The notes beneath the pieces are model-generated. The model was not told the DNA's origin, did not search any database, and saw only the letters and a program-made list of their open reading frames with translations. Positions 46,863 through 57,425 of a stretch of 64,000 nucleotides of DNA are shown here, in pieces. How positions within the stretch are numbered: the first letter of the stretch is position 1; each line of letters opens with the position of its first letter. The stretch comes from an uncultured Actinomycetota bacterium (lineage in GTDB: Bacteria; Actinomycetota; CALGFH01): the NCBI GenBank assembly GCA_963733175.1, contig CAVTCL010000013.1:441-64440 (forward strand), read 5' to 3'. The translations under genes and the position numbers were made by a program.

Positions 46863-48462
46863 TCCAGGGCGACCAGATCCAGGTAGTCCTCGCTCCAGAC
46901 GTCGAGGGCGCCGTCGGGCATGAGCAGGACCCGGTCGGGCTCGAAGCTCTGCACGAACGGGGTGTCGTGGCTGACCAGGACCACCGAGCCCTTGTAGGTC
47001 TCAAGGGCCGAGCGGACGGCCTCGACCGCCTGGACGTCGAGGTTGTTGGTCGGCTCGTCCAGCAGCAGGATGTTGTGGCGGCCGAGCACCAGGCGGGCCA
47101 GGGCGAGCTTGGTCTTCTCGCCGCCGGACAGGGTCCGGGTCGGCTGGTGGGCCTGGTCGCCGCCGAGCAGGAAGTGGCCGAGCACGCCCCGGAGCAGGTC
47201 GTCGGGGGCCTTGGCGACCTCGCGGAGCGACTCCATGGCGGTGAGGCCGGGGTCGAGGCCCTCGTGCTCCTGGGCGTAGTAGCCGAGCTCGGCGCCGTGG
47301 CCGAGGCGGACCTCGCCCTCGTCGGGGGTGTCGACCCCGGCCAGGATGCGCAGCAGCGAGGTCTTGCCGGCCCCGTTGAGGCCCAGCACCAGCAGCCGCT
47401 CGCCCCGCTGGAGGTCGAAGGAGACGTGCTTGAACACCGGCGGGCCGCCGTAGGAGCGGGACAGGTCGACCGCGTCCAGCGGGAAGCGGGCCGATGGGGG
47501 CGGGTCGGGGAAGCGGACGGCCACCTTGCGGCCAGACGCGCCGCTCGGGCGTCAGGTTGGCCTTCATCTTCTCGACCCGGCGCTCGGTGACCATGGCCCG
47601 CCGGGCCATGGTCTCGTTGGAGTGGCGGTACTTCTCGACGAACGCCGACAGCCGCTTGATGTCGCGCTCCAGGACCTTGCGGTGCTTGGCCTCGGACCGT
47701 GGCCCGGACCTCGCTGGCCTCCAGGTACTGGGTCCAGGTGCCCTTGTAGGTCTCGATGCCGGCGGTGAGCGGGTCCAGCACCAGCACCCCGGTGACGTCG
47801 TTGTCGAGCAGGGGCAGGTCGTGGGAGACGAGCAGGATGCCGCCGGAGAAGTCGGCCAGGAACCCGGCCAGCCAGCGCTTGGCGTCGGCGTCCAGGTGGT
47901 TGGTCGGCTCGTCCAGCAGCAGCGTGGTCGCCTGGCTGAGCAGCACCCTGGCCAGCTCGACCCGGCGCCGCTCGCCACCCGACAGCCCCGACAGCGGCCG
48001 GTCGAGCCCGCTGGCCGGGATGCCGAGGCCGGCCGCGACCCGCCGGGCCTCGGACTCCGCCCGGTAGCCGCCCTCGGCCTCGAAGCGCTCCTGGAGCCCG
48101 GAGAACCGCTTGATGGCCCGGTCGCGGGCGCGGGCGTCGGCGCTCTGGTCGATCCGGCGCCGCGCCTCCTCCAGCTCGTGGCGCGCCCGGTCCAGGCCGC
48201 GGGCCGAGAGCAGCCGGGCCAGGCCGGTCGAGGCCGTGGTCGGCGGCGACTCCTGGGGCAGCCAGGCCAGCTCCCCGACCAGGGTGACGGCCGGGTCCCG
48301 TCTCGAGGCGGCCCGCTCGCTGACCGTCCGCAGCAGGCTCGTCTTGCCGGCCCCGTTGGGGCCGACAAGGCCGACGACGTCGCCGGGAGCGACGGTGAAG
48401 CTCGCCTCGGCGACCAGCAGGCGGTGCGCGACCTCGACGGTCAGGTTCACGACTTGGAGCAT
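46859..48462 (-). pseudogene. ABC-F family ATPase (two frame changes as assembled)
   Basis: ATG 48462. NBD1 ([11 protein letters not shown]...[12 protein letters not shown]...[11 protein letters not shown]), a linker in a second frame ([22 protein letters not shown]...) and NBD2 in a third frame ([11 protein letters not shown]...[12 protein letters not shown]...[11 protein letters not shown]). Junctions lie near 47700 and 47528. Confidence 0.85.
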
Positions 48463-48583
48463 GAAGGAACGGTCCTCGCTGGCGGTTGGTTCCCCACGAT
48501 GATCGGCGCCTGGCCGCCGAACCCGCAACCGATTAGGGCGCGGGCGACGATTCCGCCGGCTTCTCCGCGGATATGCTGAGGGT

Positions 48584-50354
48584 GTGTTCGCGACCCGACC
48601 CGAGCTGCGTGGGTCCTTCGGGATGGTGTCCTCGACCCACTGGCTGGCCTCGGCGGCGGGGATGGCGGTGCTGGAGCGGGGCGGCAACGCCTTCGACGCC
48701 GCCGTCGCCGCCGGCTTCGTGCTCCAGGTGGTCGAGCCGCACCTGAACGGGCCGGGCGGGGAGGCGCCGATCCTGGCCGCCCCCGCCGGGCAGGGGCGGG
48801 TGCTGGTGGTGAACGGGCAGGGCCCGGTCCCGGCGGCCGCCACCATCGAGCGGTTCCGGGACCTGGGGCTCGACCTGATCCCGGGCACCGGGCTGCTGGC
48901 CGCGTGCGTGCCCGGGGCCTTCGGGGCCTGGATGCTGCTGCTGCGCGACCACGGCACGGTGTGCCTGCGCGACGTGCTCGACCCGGCCATCGGCTACGCC
49001 GAGGCCGGGTTCCCGGCGGTCCCCCGGATCGGCGGGGCGATCCGCGCCATGGAGCGGCTGTTCCGCGACCACTGGCCCTCCTCGGCCGAGGTGTGGCTGG
49101 CCGACGGGGTGCCGGCCCCGGGCGGGCGGCTGCGCAACCCGGCCCTGGCCGCGACCTGGCGGCGGCTGCTGGAGGAGGCCGAGGCGGCCAGCCCGGACCG
49201 GGACGGCCAGATCGAGGCCGCCCTGGCCGCCTTCTACGAGGGGTTCGTGGCCGAGGCGATCGCCGGCTACCTGGCCACCGCCGAGGTCATGGACGTGAGC
49301 GGCCGGCGCCACAAGGGGCTGCTGGACGGCGACGACCTGGCCGGCTGGCGGGCCACGGTGGAGGCCCCGGTGTCGGCCGAGCACCGCGGCTGGACGGTGT
49401 GCAAGACCGGCCCGTGGGGCCAGGGCCCGGTGCTGCTCCAGCAGCTCCGCCTGCTCGACGGGTTCGACCTGGAGGCGATGGGCCTGGGCAGCGCCGCCTA
49501 CGTCCACACGGTGGCCGAGTGCGCCAAGCTCGCCTTCGCCGACCGGGAGGCCTGGTACGGCGACCCGGCCGCCTTCGACGTGCCCCTTGACGGCCTGCTG
49601 GACCCCGCCTACGCCGACGGCCGCCGGGCCCTGGTCGGGGACGAGGCGTCGCTGGAGCTGCGACCCGGGTCGCCGGCCGGGCGCACCCCCCGCCTGCCCG
49701 GGGCCGGCCGCGGCCAGGAGGCCGACGAGGACCTCGTCGGGCCGGAGGGGTCCGGGGAGCCCACCTTCGGCGACACCTGCCACGTCGACGTGGTCGACCG
49801 GCACGGCAACCTGGTCGCGGCCACCCCCAGCGGCGGCTGGCTGCAGAGCTCGCCGGTCGTCCCCGGCCTCGGCTTCTGCCTGGGCACGCGCGCCCAGATG
49901 CTCTGGCTGGAGGAGGGGCTGGCCAGCTCGCTGCGCCCCGGCACCCGGCCGCGGACCACCCTCAGCCCGTCGCTGGCCCTGCGCGACGGCGAGCCCTGCC
50001 TGGCCTTCGGGACCCCGGGCGGGGACGCCCAGGACCAGTGGACCCTCCAGTTCTTCCTGGCCCACGCCCGCTTCGGCCTCGACCTCCAGGAGGCGGTCGA
50101 CGCCCCGAGCTTCCAGAGCGACCACTTCCCGAGCTCGTTCTGGCCCCGCCGGGCCTTCCCGGGGAAGCTGGTGGTCGAGGCCGGCCACGACCCGGCCGCC
50201 ATCGCGGGCCTCCGGGAACGGGGCCACCTGGTCGAGCGTCGCCGACCCCTGGTCCCTCGGCCGCACCTGCGCCGCCGGCCGCGACCCGGCCACCGGCTTC
50301 CTGATCGCCGCCGCCAACCCCCGCGGCCGCCAGGCCTACGCCGTGGGCCGCTAA
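48584..50354 (+). pseudogene. ggt: Gamma-glutamyltransferase family protein (frame change approx 120 nt before the stop)
   Basis: GTG 48584. [11 protein letters not shown]... and the catalytic-Thr region FGDTCHVDVVD. After ...RERGHLVE the conserved tail ADPWSLGRTCAAGRDPATGFLIAAANPRGRQAYAVGR is in another frame, with the junction near 50237. Confidence 0.8.
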
Positions 50355-51038
50355 CCGGCCGAGCACGAAGGTGAACGAGCCCTGGCGGGTGGCGCCGGTG
50401 TCGCGGACGTCGGTCAGGACCAGCTCGGGCTGGAAGATGCCGTCGCGGTCGTTGCCGGGCTCGCCGGGGAAGTAGAGCTGGGTGGTGAGGACGGGGCCGT
50501 CGGGGGCCTGGACCTTGACGTGGATGTGGCGGGTGCGGCCGGTGTAGACGCCGGGCACCACCGTCTCCAGGCGCCAGGCGCCGTCGGCGTCGCTGAACTG
50601 GTGGCCCCGCAGGCGGTAGCCCTGGTTGTCGTACTCGCCGGCGTCGTCGGCCTGCCAGAAGTCGAGCAGGGCCCGCTGGACCGGGCGGCAGTCGGTGGTC
50701 AGGACGGTCCCGGCGACGACCAGGCGCTGGCCGCCCATGCCCGCCTCCAGCAGCGAGGCCCGCTGGGGCGAGTCGGGCGTGAAGTAGGGGCCCTCGGTCT
50801 GGGCCGGGGTCGGGTCGTCCCCGTCGTCGCAGGCCGGGGTGGGCGCGAGCGTCCCGCTGGCGGCGGCCGCGGTGGTGGCCGTCGGGGCGGTCGTTGCCGG
50901 GGCGGCCGCCGGGTCGGGCGGGCCGGCGGGCGCCCCGTCGTCGCAGGCGGCGAGCACCATCGGCAGGGGCAGGGCCAGCCCGAGCTGGAGCAGCCGGCGC
51001 CGGGTCAGGCGGATCGGGTCGGGGTGGATCGGTGGGCA
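50351..51038 (-). pseudogene. Tat-lipoprotein intradiol dioxygenase-like protein (5' frame change and lost stop as assembled)
   Basis: ATG 51038 after AGGGAG gives MPTDPP. The Tat / lipobox segment IRLTRRRLLQLGLALPLPMVLAAC is in another frame, with the junction at the GGGG run 51021-51024 flanked by two GATC. The core carries TEGPYF...GRTRHIHVKV. After ...FTFVLGR the frame misses TAG 50351-50353 by one base and stays open to 49962. Confidence 0.65.
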
Positions 51039-51105
51039 TCGTGCTCCCTGTGGGCCTCCCTACAGTGTCGGGTACCAGCTTACGGGGCGACGGGGAGGAG
51101 CGTTG

Positions 51106-51744
51106 GTGGCGGTCAAGGCGGCGGTGTTCGACCTGGGCGGGGTCCTGATCGACTGGGACCCGCGCTACCTGTACCGCAAGCTGCTGGCCGACGAGGCCGC
51201 GGTGGAGGAGTTCCTGGCCACCGTCTGCACCCCGGAGTGGAACGCCGAGCAGGACCGGGGCCGGCCGTTCGCCGAGGGGATCGCCGAGCTGGTCGAGCGC
51301 CATCCCGCGCACGCCGCCGCCATCGCCGCCTACCACGAGCGCTGGCCGGAGATGCTGGGCGGCGACATCCCGGGCGCCGTCGAGCTGCTGGCCGAGCTGC
51401 GCGCGACCGGCCTGCCGCTGTACGCCCTGACCAACTGGTCGGCCGAGACCTTCGTGCTCGCCCGCGAGCGCTTCGCGTTCCTGGACTGGTTCGACGGCCT
51501 GCTCGTCTCCGGCGAGGAGCGGATCATCAAGCCCGACCCGGCCATCTTCGAGCTGCTGCTGGACCGGTTCGGCCTGGACCCCGGGTCGACCTTCTACGTC
51601 GACGACTCGGAGGCCAACGTGGCCGCCGCCGCCGCTCTCGGCCTCGACGCGGTCCGGTTCACCGGTCCCGGGCAGCTGCGACGGGACCTGGCAGCCCGGC
51701 GACTGCTCGCTCGACCCGCTCCCACTGCCCGGCCATCGCCCTGA
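51106..51744 (+). CDS. HAD-IA family hydrolase
   Basis: GTG 51106 (or TTG 51103) after GGGGAGGAG. AVFDLGGVLIDW (motif I), LTNW and YVDDSEANV motifs. The 3' end overlaps the convergent padR by about 86 nt. Confidence 0.8.
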   Translation: MAVKAAVFDLGGVLIDWDPRYLYRKLLADEAAVEEFLATVCTPEWNAEQDRGRPFAEGIAELVERHPAHAAAIAAYHERWPEMLGGDIPGAVELLAELRATGLPLYALTNWSAETFVLARERFAFLDWFDGLLVSGEERIIKPDPAIFELLLDRFGLDPGSTFYVDDSEANVAAAAALGLDAVRFTGPGQLRRDLAARRLLARPAPTARPSP

Positions 51745-52228
51745 ACCCGTCGTTCATGATCTCGGCCACGGCGAGCTGGCCGGGCCGGTCGCCCCGGGCC
51801 TGGAGGCGGTCGATGATCCCGGCGGTGAGCGCGAGGTACTGGCGGTGCAGCGCCACCTGGGTCCTGGCCAGCTCGGCGACGTCCTCCGGCTCGGCGTGCT
51901 GGCTGAAGAACAGCTTGAGCAGGCCGAGGCTGCGGAACTGGGGAGGATCGTCGGTCGGCTCGGCCAGCCAGGCGGCGAGGGCGGCCCGGCCCTCGCCGGT
52001 GATGCGGTAGCTGCGCCGGCGCCGGCCGGTGTGCTCGCGCTCCTCGGCCAGCAGGCCCAGGCCGGCCAGGCGTCCGGTCTCGGCGTAGATCTGGCTGTGG
52101 GGGAACGGCCAGAAGTGGGCGACGCCGCGGCCGACCGCCGTCTTGAGGGCATAGGGGGTCGAGGGGCCGTCCCGGGCCACCAGGCCGAGGACGACATAGG
52201 ACACGGGGGTGAGGTCGGGTCTTGACAT
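51659..52228 (-). CDS. PadR family transcriptional regulator
   Basis: MSRPDLTPVSYVVLGLVARDGPSTPYALK...HSQIYAETGRLAGLGLL. ATG 52228; the alternative ATG 52240 lies inside the palindrome. Confidence 0.85.
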   Translation of the reverse strand: MSRPDLTPVSYVVLGLVARDGPSTPYALKTAVGRGVAHFWPFPHSQIYAETGRLAGLGLLAEEREHTGRRRRSYRITGEGRAALAAWLAEPTDDPPQFRSLGLLKLFFSQHAEPEDVAELARTQVALHRQYLALTAGIIDRLQARGDRPGQLAVAEIMNDGFRAMAGQWERVERAVAGLPGPVAAARDR

Positions 52229-52250
52229 GATCCGGATCATATCATACGTT
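52222..52250 (+). promoter_or_regulatory. Consensus-like promoter (-35 TTGACA, 17-nt spacer, -10 TACGTT) with a 14-bp palindrome in the spacer
   Basis: TTGACA 52222-52227, ATGATCCGGATCAT 52227-52240 and TACGTT 52245-52250. It faces the PaaK-like gene and overlaps the padR start. Confidence 0.55.
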
Positions 52251-52314
52251 CAGGACCATCCGATTCAGACTATCGCCGAGGCCTGGAGCCGGGGCGGGAG
52301 CAGAGGAGCTGGCC

Positions 52315-53700
52315 ATGGCCGACTACGAACATCTACGCCAACGGCACCTGGCCGACCTTGCCGTCCTCATGCCCGAGCACGTCCAGCGGCTGCGCTGGCC
52401 GGCCGAGCGGCTGCGGCAGGAGCGGCGGGACCGGCTGCGCGACCTGCTGCGGGTCGCCAAGGCGTCCTCGCCCTGGCACCGCGACCGGCTGGCCGGCGTC
52501 GACCCCGGCGGCTTCGAGGAGGCGGACCTGGCCGGCCTCCCGCCGATGACCAAGGACGACCTGATGGCCAACTGGGACGGCGTGGTCACCGACCCCCGGC
52601 TCACCCTCGACCTGGTCGAGGGCCACCTGGCCGGCCTCGAGGGCGACGCCTACCTGTTCGACCAGTTCCACGCCGTCGCCTCCGGCGGCTCCACCGGGCG
52701 CCGGGGGATCTTCGCCTACGGCTGGCGGGAGTGGGCGGTGGCCTACGCCGGCTTCCTGCGGACCAGCGTCTGGGACCGGGCGGTCACGCCCGAGCTGGCC
52801 GCCGTCCCCATGCGGATCGCCATGGTCGGGGCCAGGAACGCCACCCACATGACCAGCGCCATACCCCAGACCTTCGCCAACCCGACCGTCGACATCGCCC
52901 TGTTCCCGGTGACCCAGCCGATCGACCAGATCGTGACCGGGCTCAACGCCTACCAGCCGCTGGCGCTCATGGGCTATCCCTCGATGCTGGCCCTGCTGGC
53001 CGCCGAGGCCCGCGCCGGCCGGCTCCGGATCCTGCCCAGGCGGATCACCACCACCAGCGAGCCCCTGCTGCCCGAGGTGCGCCGAGCGCTCACCGAGTCG
53101 TTCCGCGCCCCCGTGGCCAACATGTACGGGACCTCCGAGGCCGGCCCGATGGGGATCGGCTGCTGGCGCGGCCCCGGCATCCACCTCTGCGACGACCTGG
53201 TCATCATCGAGCCGGTCGACCTGGCCGGCCGCCCGGTCCCGCCCGGCGTCCGCTCCGACAAGCTCTACGTGACCGCCATCTCCAACCCGACCCTGCCGCT
53301 GATCCGTCTGGAGCTCACCGACCAGGTGACGTTCCTGGACACGCCGTGTGCCTGCGGCTCCGCCCACCAGCTGATCGCCGACGTGGAGAGCCGCCTGGAC
53401 GACCTCTTCAGCTACCCGGGCGGCCAGGTGGTGCACCCGCACGTCTTCGCCGCACAGCTCCGCCGCGACCGGGGGATCGTCGAGTACCAGGTCCGCCAGA
53501 CCCCGGCCGGCGCCGAGGTCCTGGTCGTCGGGACCCTGGCCGACCCCGCCGCCACCGGCCGCCTGGTCGCCGCCGAGCTGGCCCGCCTGGGCGTCCCCGA
53601 CCCGGCCGTCGAGGTCCGCGTGGTCGACCGGCTGGAGCGGCAGGCGACCGGGAAGGTCAGGCGGTTCCGCCCGCTGGAGACGGTCAGCCGGCCGGCTTGA
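52315..53700 (+). CDS. Phenylacetate-CoA ligase family (PaaK/F390-synthetase-like adenylate-forming enzyme)
   Basis: Uninterrupted 461-aa ORF. Motifs ASGGSTGRRG (P-loop-like), YGTSEAG and a C-terminal GKVRRF lysine motif. Confidence 0.75.
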   Translation: MADYEHLRQRHLADLAVLMPEHVQRLRWPAERLRQERRDRLRDLLRVAKASSPWHRDRLAGVDPGGFEEADLAGLPPMTKDDLMANWDGVVTDPRLTLDLVEGHLAGLEGDAYLFDQFHAVASGGSTGRRGIFAYGWREWAVAYAGFLRTSVWDRAVTPELAAVPMRIAMVGARNATHMTSAIPQTFANPTVDIALFPVTQPIDQIVTGLNAYQPLALMGYPSMLALLAAEARAGRLRILPRRITTTSEPLLPEVRRALTESFRAPVANMYGTSEAGPMGIGCWRGPGIHLCDDLVIIEPVDLAGRPVPPGVRSDKLYVTAISNPTLPLIRLELTDQVTFLDTPCACGSAHQLIADVESRLDDLFSYPGGQVVHPHVFAAQLRRDRGIVEYQVRQTPAGAEVLVVGTLADPAATGRLVAAELARLGVPDPAVEVRVVDRLERQATGKVRRFRPLETVSRPA

Positions 53701-55609
53701 GGTGGCGCTGCCACCAGTCGAGCACGGCCTCGAACCGGGCCACGCGGTGGCTGGGGAGGCCGGAGCGGGTCAGCTCGTGGCCCTCGCCGGGGAACAGCAG
53801 GAGCTCGACCTCGACCTTGCGCTGCTTGAGGGCGACGAACAGGCGCTGGGCCTGCTCGATCGGGCAGCGCCAGTCCTGCTCGGAGTGGATCAGCAGCATC
53901 GGGGTGCGGATCCGGTCGGCGTAGGACAGCGGGCTCTGGGCGGCCACCCGGGCGGGGTCGGTGCCGTTGTACTGGGGGACGAAGAACCAGCCGATGTCGC
54001 TGGAGCCCTCGAAGCTCTCGAAGGCGTTGCAGGCCCGCTCGCTGATGGCGGCCCGGAACCTGTCGGTGTGGCCGACCAGCCAGCTGGCCATGAAGCCGCC
54101 GTAGGAGCCGCCCATCACCCCGACCCGGTCGCCGTCCAGGTCCGGGTCCTGGAGGGCGGCGTCCAGCAGGGCGAGCACGTCCTGGCTGTCCAGGTTGCCG
54201 AAGTCGCCGACGACCGCCCGGCCGTGGGACTCGCCGTAGCCGGCCGAGCCCCGCGGGTTGCCCATCACCACCGCGTAGCCGGCGCCCGCGTACACCTGGG
54301 CCTCGTCGAACAGGGTCCAGCCGTAGTGGGCGAACGGCCCGCCGTGGACCATCAGCACCACCGGGAACGGCCCGGTCCCGGCCGGCTTCAGCACCCAGCC
54401 GTGGACGCCGGCGCCGTCGGGGGCGGTCGCCTCCAGCTCCTCCATGGGCCGCAGCGACGCCGAGCGGGCCAGTGGCGCCCCGAGGTCGGTCAGGGTGCGC
54501 TCCCGGCCGTCCTTCAGCACGACCACCTCGCCGGCCGAGGTGGGGTCGCTGACCACGGCCGCGACCACCCCGCCGGCCACGTCGTAGTCGTGCACGGTGC
54601 GCCGGCCGCCGAGCAGCTCGGCCGGCTCGCCGCCGTCGACCGGGAACCGGAGCAGCCCGATCGCCCCCCGGCGCAGCGAGATGGTGGTGACCGCGTGCTC
54701 GTCGACCACCAGGGGCAGGATCCCGGCGCCGAAGGCGGCGTCGTGGTCGAAGCGCTCGGGGTCGGTGAGCCGCGCCGGCTTGCCCGACCCGTCGGCCGGC
54801 ACCGACCACAGCATGGTCGGGCGCCCGGCCAGGTCGGGCTCGCTGGCCACGAACCAGATGGTGGCCCCGTCGGGCGAGTACGCGGGCCGGCCGACGCTCA
54901 GGTCGGTGGCGGTGACCCGCACGGCGTCGCCGCCGCCGGCCGGGGCGACGAAGACGTCGCTGACGGCGTCCTCGTCGCGGGTGTCGTGGCGGGCCGAGAC
55001 GAAGGCGACGCTGGCCCCGTCCGGGCTCCAGGCCGGGTCGCCGTGGTCGTAGTCGCCCCGGGTCAGCTGGACCGGCTCGGCGCCGTCGGCCAGGGCGTCG
55101 ACCACGAACACGTGCGGGCGCCGGTCGAAGGTGAAGCCGAGGTTGTCCACCCGGTACTGGAAGCCGGTGATCCGCCGCGGCGGCTCCTTCTCCGGGGGGA
55201 CGTCCTTGTCGGTGCCGTAGCGGCCCTCCTCGGGCACCCGGGCGACGTAGGCGATCCGGGTCGAGTCGGGGCTCCAGGCGAACCCCTCGACCCCGAGCGG
55301 GTGCTCGCCCAGCCGTCGCGGCTCGCCGCCGTCGACGGCCATGACGTGCAGCTGGGGCTTGTCGTTCTCGCCGGCCCGCAGGAAGGCCAGCCAGCGGCCG
55401 TCGGGGGAGAAGCGCGGGCGCACGTCGCGCTTGCCCGAGGTGAAGCGGCGCGGCGGCGCCGAGCCGTCGGTGGGCATGAGCCACAGGTCGGCCCGGTACT
55501 CGTCGGCCTCCAGGTCGATCCGCCCCACGGCCACGGCGACCAGCCGGCCGTCCGGGGTCAGGGTCGGGGCCGAGGGGGTGCGCAGATGGGAGAGATCGCT
55601 GGCAAGCAT
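53684..55609 (-). CDS. S9 family peptidase (acylaminoacyl / prolyl oligopeptidase type)
   Basis: Beta-propeller N-terminal domain plus alpha/beta hydrolase with GGSYGGFM (Ser), D and H. ATG 55609 lies 12 nt after the upstream stop; the alternative GTG 55630 is possible. Intact. Confidence 0.85.
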   Translation of the reverse strand: MLASDLSHLRTPSAPTLTPDGRLVAVAVGRIDLEADEYRADLWLMPTDGSAPPRRFTSGKRDVRPRFSPDGRWLAFLRAGENDKPQLHVMAVDGGEPRRLGEHPLGVEGFAWSPDSTRIAYVARVPEEGRYGTDKDVPPEKEPPRRITGFQYRVDNLGFTFDRRPHVFVVDALADGAEPVQLTRGDYDHGDPAWSPDGASVAFVSARHDTRDEDAVSDVFVAPAGGGDAVRVTATDLSVGRPAYSPDGATIWFVASEPDLAGRPTMLWSVPADGSGKPARLTDPERFDHDAAFGAGILPLVVDEHAVTTISLRRGAIGLLRFPVDGGEPAELLGGRRTVHDYDVAGGVVAAVVSDPTSAGEVVVLKDGRERTLTDLGAPLARSASLRPMEELEATAPDGAGVHGWVLKPAGTGPFPVVLMVHGGPFAHYGWTLFDEAQVYAGAGYAVVMGNPRGSAGYGESHGRAVVGDFGNLDSQDVLALLDAALQDPDLDGDRVGVMGGSYGGFMASWLVGHTDRFRAAISERACNAFESFEGSSDIGWFFVPQYNGTDPARVAAQSPLSYADRIRTPMLLIHSEQDWRCPIEQAQRLFVALKQRKVEVELLLFPGEGHELTRSGLPSHRVARFEAVLDWWQRHLKPAG

Positions 55610-55619
55610 GCCTTCGACC

Positions 55620-57425
55620 CTACCACGCACCCGCCGGCTCGCTGCCGGCGTCGAGGCTGGCCATCCAGGAGCCGTGCAGCCGGGCGTAGGCGCCGCCCGG
55701 GTCGGCCAGCAGCTGGGCGTGGGTGCCCTGCTGGACGAGCCGGCCCCGCTCCAGGACCAGGATCAGGTCGGCGTGCTCGGCGGTGGCCAGCCGGTGGGCG
55801 ATGGTCAGGGCGGTCCGGCCCTCGGTGAGCCGCTGGATGGCGTTGCGCAGCGCCACCTCGGTGGCCGGGTCGACCGCCGAGGTGGCCTCGTCCAGGATCA
55901 GGCAGCCCGGGTCGGCCAGGTAGCCGCGGGCCAGCGCGACCAGCTGGCGCTCGCCGACCGACAGGTACTCGCCGCGCTCGCCCACCCGGGTGTGCACGCC
56001 CCTGGGCAGCGCATCGACCCAGCCGCCCAGCTCCAGCGCCTCGAAGGCGGCCCGGACCTCCCGGTCGCTGGCCTCGGGGCGGCCCATGCGCACGTTGCCG
56101 GCCACGCTGGTGTCGAACAGGAAGCCGTCCTGGGGGACCATGACCAGGGCCGAGCGGAGCGAGGCCAGGCTGACCCGGCGCAGGTCGACGCCGGCCACCC
56201 GGATGACGCCGCCGGTCGGGTCGGCCAGCCGGATGAGCAGCTTGGCCAGGGTGGTCTTGCCCGACCCGGTCGTCCCGACCAGGGCCACCCGGGTCCCGGC
56301 GGGGATGGCCACGCTGACCTCGGTCAGCACCGGCGGCCCGCCGTGGTAGGCGAACGACACCCGGTCCAGCTCGATGTCCAGGGCCCGGGAGGGCAGGGCG
56401 AGGCCGGGCTGCGGGTCCTCGACCTCGACCGGGGTGTCGAGCACGTCAAGGACCTTCTTCCAGCCGGCCACCGCCTGCTGGGTCATGTCCAGGATCTCGG
56501 TGAACTCGGCCACCGGCTCCAGGAAGATGGTGACCAGGAAGAAGAAGGCGACCAGGGTGCCGATGGTCAGGCCGCCCTCCGGGCCGATGGCCATCCCGAC
56601 CAGGAGCACGGCCGCGGTGGTGAGGACGCCGAACAGCTCGCCGGAGGGGAAGAAGAAGGCGCCGATGGTGCCGGCCCGGACCTCGGCCAGGCGCCGCCCC
56701 TCGACCGAGCGCATCACCCGGCGCTGCGCCTGGTCCTGGACGCCGTAGGCGCGGATCACCGTCGCCCCCTGGATCGACTCGGAGATGGCCGCCAGCGACT
56801 CCCCGACCCGGGTCCGGAACGCGTCCCAGGCCACCACCACCCGGCCCTGCATGACCCGGAGCACCGCCACCAGGGGCAGGACGGTGGCCACCGCGACCAG
56901 GGCCAGGCGCCAGTCGTAGATCACCATGGCCACCAGCGCGGCCAGCATCAGGGCGCTGTTGACGATCCAGGCCAGGCCGCCCCAGCGGAAGAACTGGCCG
57001 AGGGTCTCCACGTCGGAGGTGACCCGCGACACCAGGGCGCCGCGCTGCTCCTCGGTGTGGTGGGCCATGCTGAGGGCGTGGATGTGGTTGAAGGCCCGCA
57101 CCCGCAGCCCGCACAGGGCCCGCTCGCTGGCCGTGGCCAGCCGCTGGTTGGTGGTCCGGGCCGCCCAGGCGGCGACCAGGATCAGGACGACGCCGGTCCC
57201 GGCCAGCACCAGCATCCCCGACATCCGGGCCCCCGGCACGGTGACGTGGCGGTCGATGGTCTGCTGGACCAGCACCGGAGTGATGACCCGGCCGCCCCCG
57301 GCGACAAGGGCCAGGACCAGGGTGAGGGCGGCCCCCTTGCGCAGCTCGGGCGAGGCGGCCAGCCCCCGCCGCAGCAGCCGCATGGCCCGGATGCGCTCGG
57401 CGCCGACCTCGCTGCCGTGCCTCAC
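55620..57425 (-). CDS. ABC exporter, fused permease and ATPase (MdlB/MsbA-like)
   Basis: 601 aa and intact. Six-TM domain, then GTTGSGKTTL, LSVGERQLVALA and LILDEATSAVD. Confidence 0.85.
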   Translation of the reverse strand: MRHGSEVGAERIRAMRLLRRGLAASPELRKGAALTLVLALVAGGGRVITPVLVQQTIDRHVTVPGARMSGMLVLAGTGVVLILVAAWAARTTNQRLATASERALCGLRVRAFNHIHALSMAHHTEEQRGALVSRVTSDVETLGQFFRWGGLAWIVNSALMLAALVAMVIYDWRLALVAVATVLPLVAVLRVMQGRVVVAWDAFRTRVGESLAAISESIQGATVIRAYGVQDQAQRRVMRSVEGRRLAEVRAGTIGAFFFPSGELFGVLTTAAVLLVGMAIGPEGGLTIGTLVAFFFLVTIFLEPVAEFTEILDMTQQAVAGWKKVLDVLDTPVEVEDPQPGLALPSRALDIELDRVSFAYHGGPPVLTEVSVAIPAGTRVALVGTTGSGKTTLAKLLIRLADPTGGVIRVAGVDLRRVSLASLRSALVMVPQDGFLFDTSVAGNVRMGRPEASDREVRAAFEALELGGWVDALPRGVHTRVGERGEYLSVGERQLVALARGYLADPGCLILDEATSAVDPATEVALRNAIQRLTEGRTALTIAHRLATAEHADLILVLERGRLVQQGTHAQLLADPGGAYARLHGSWMASLDAGSEPAGAW

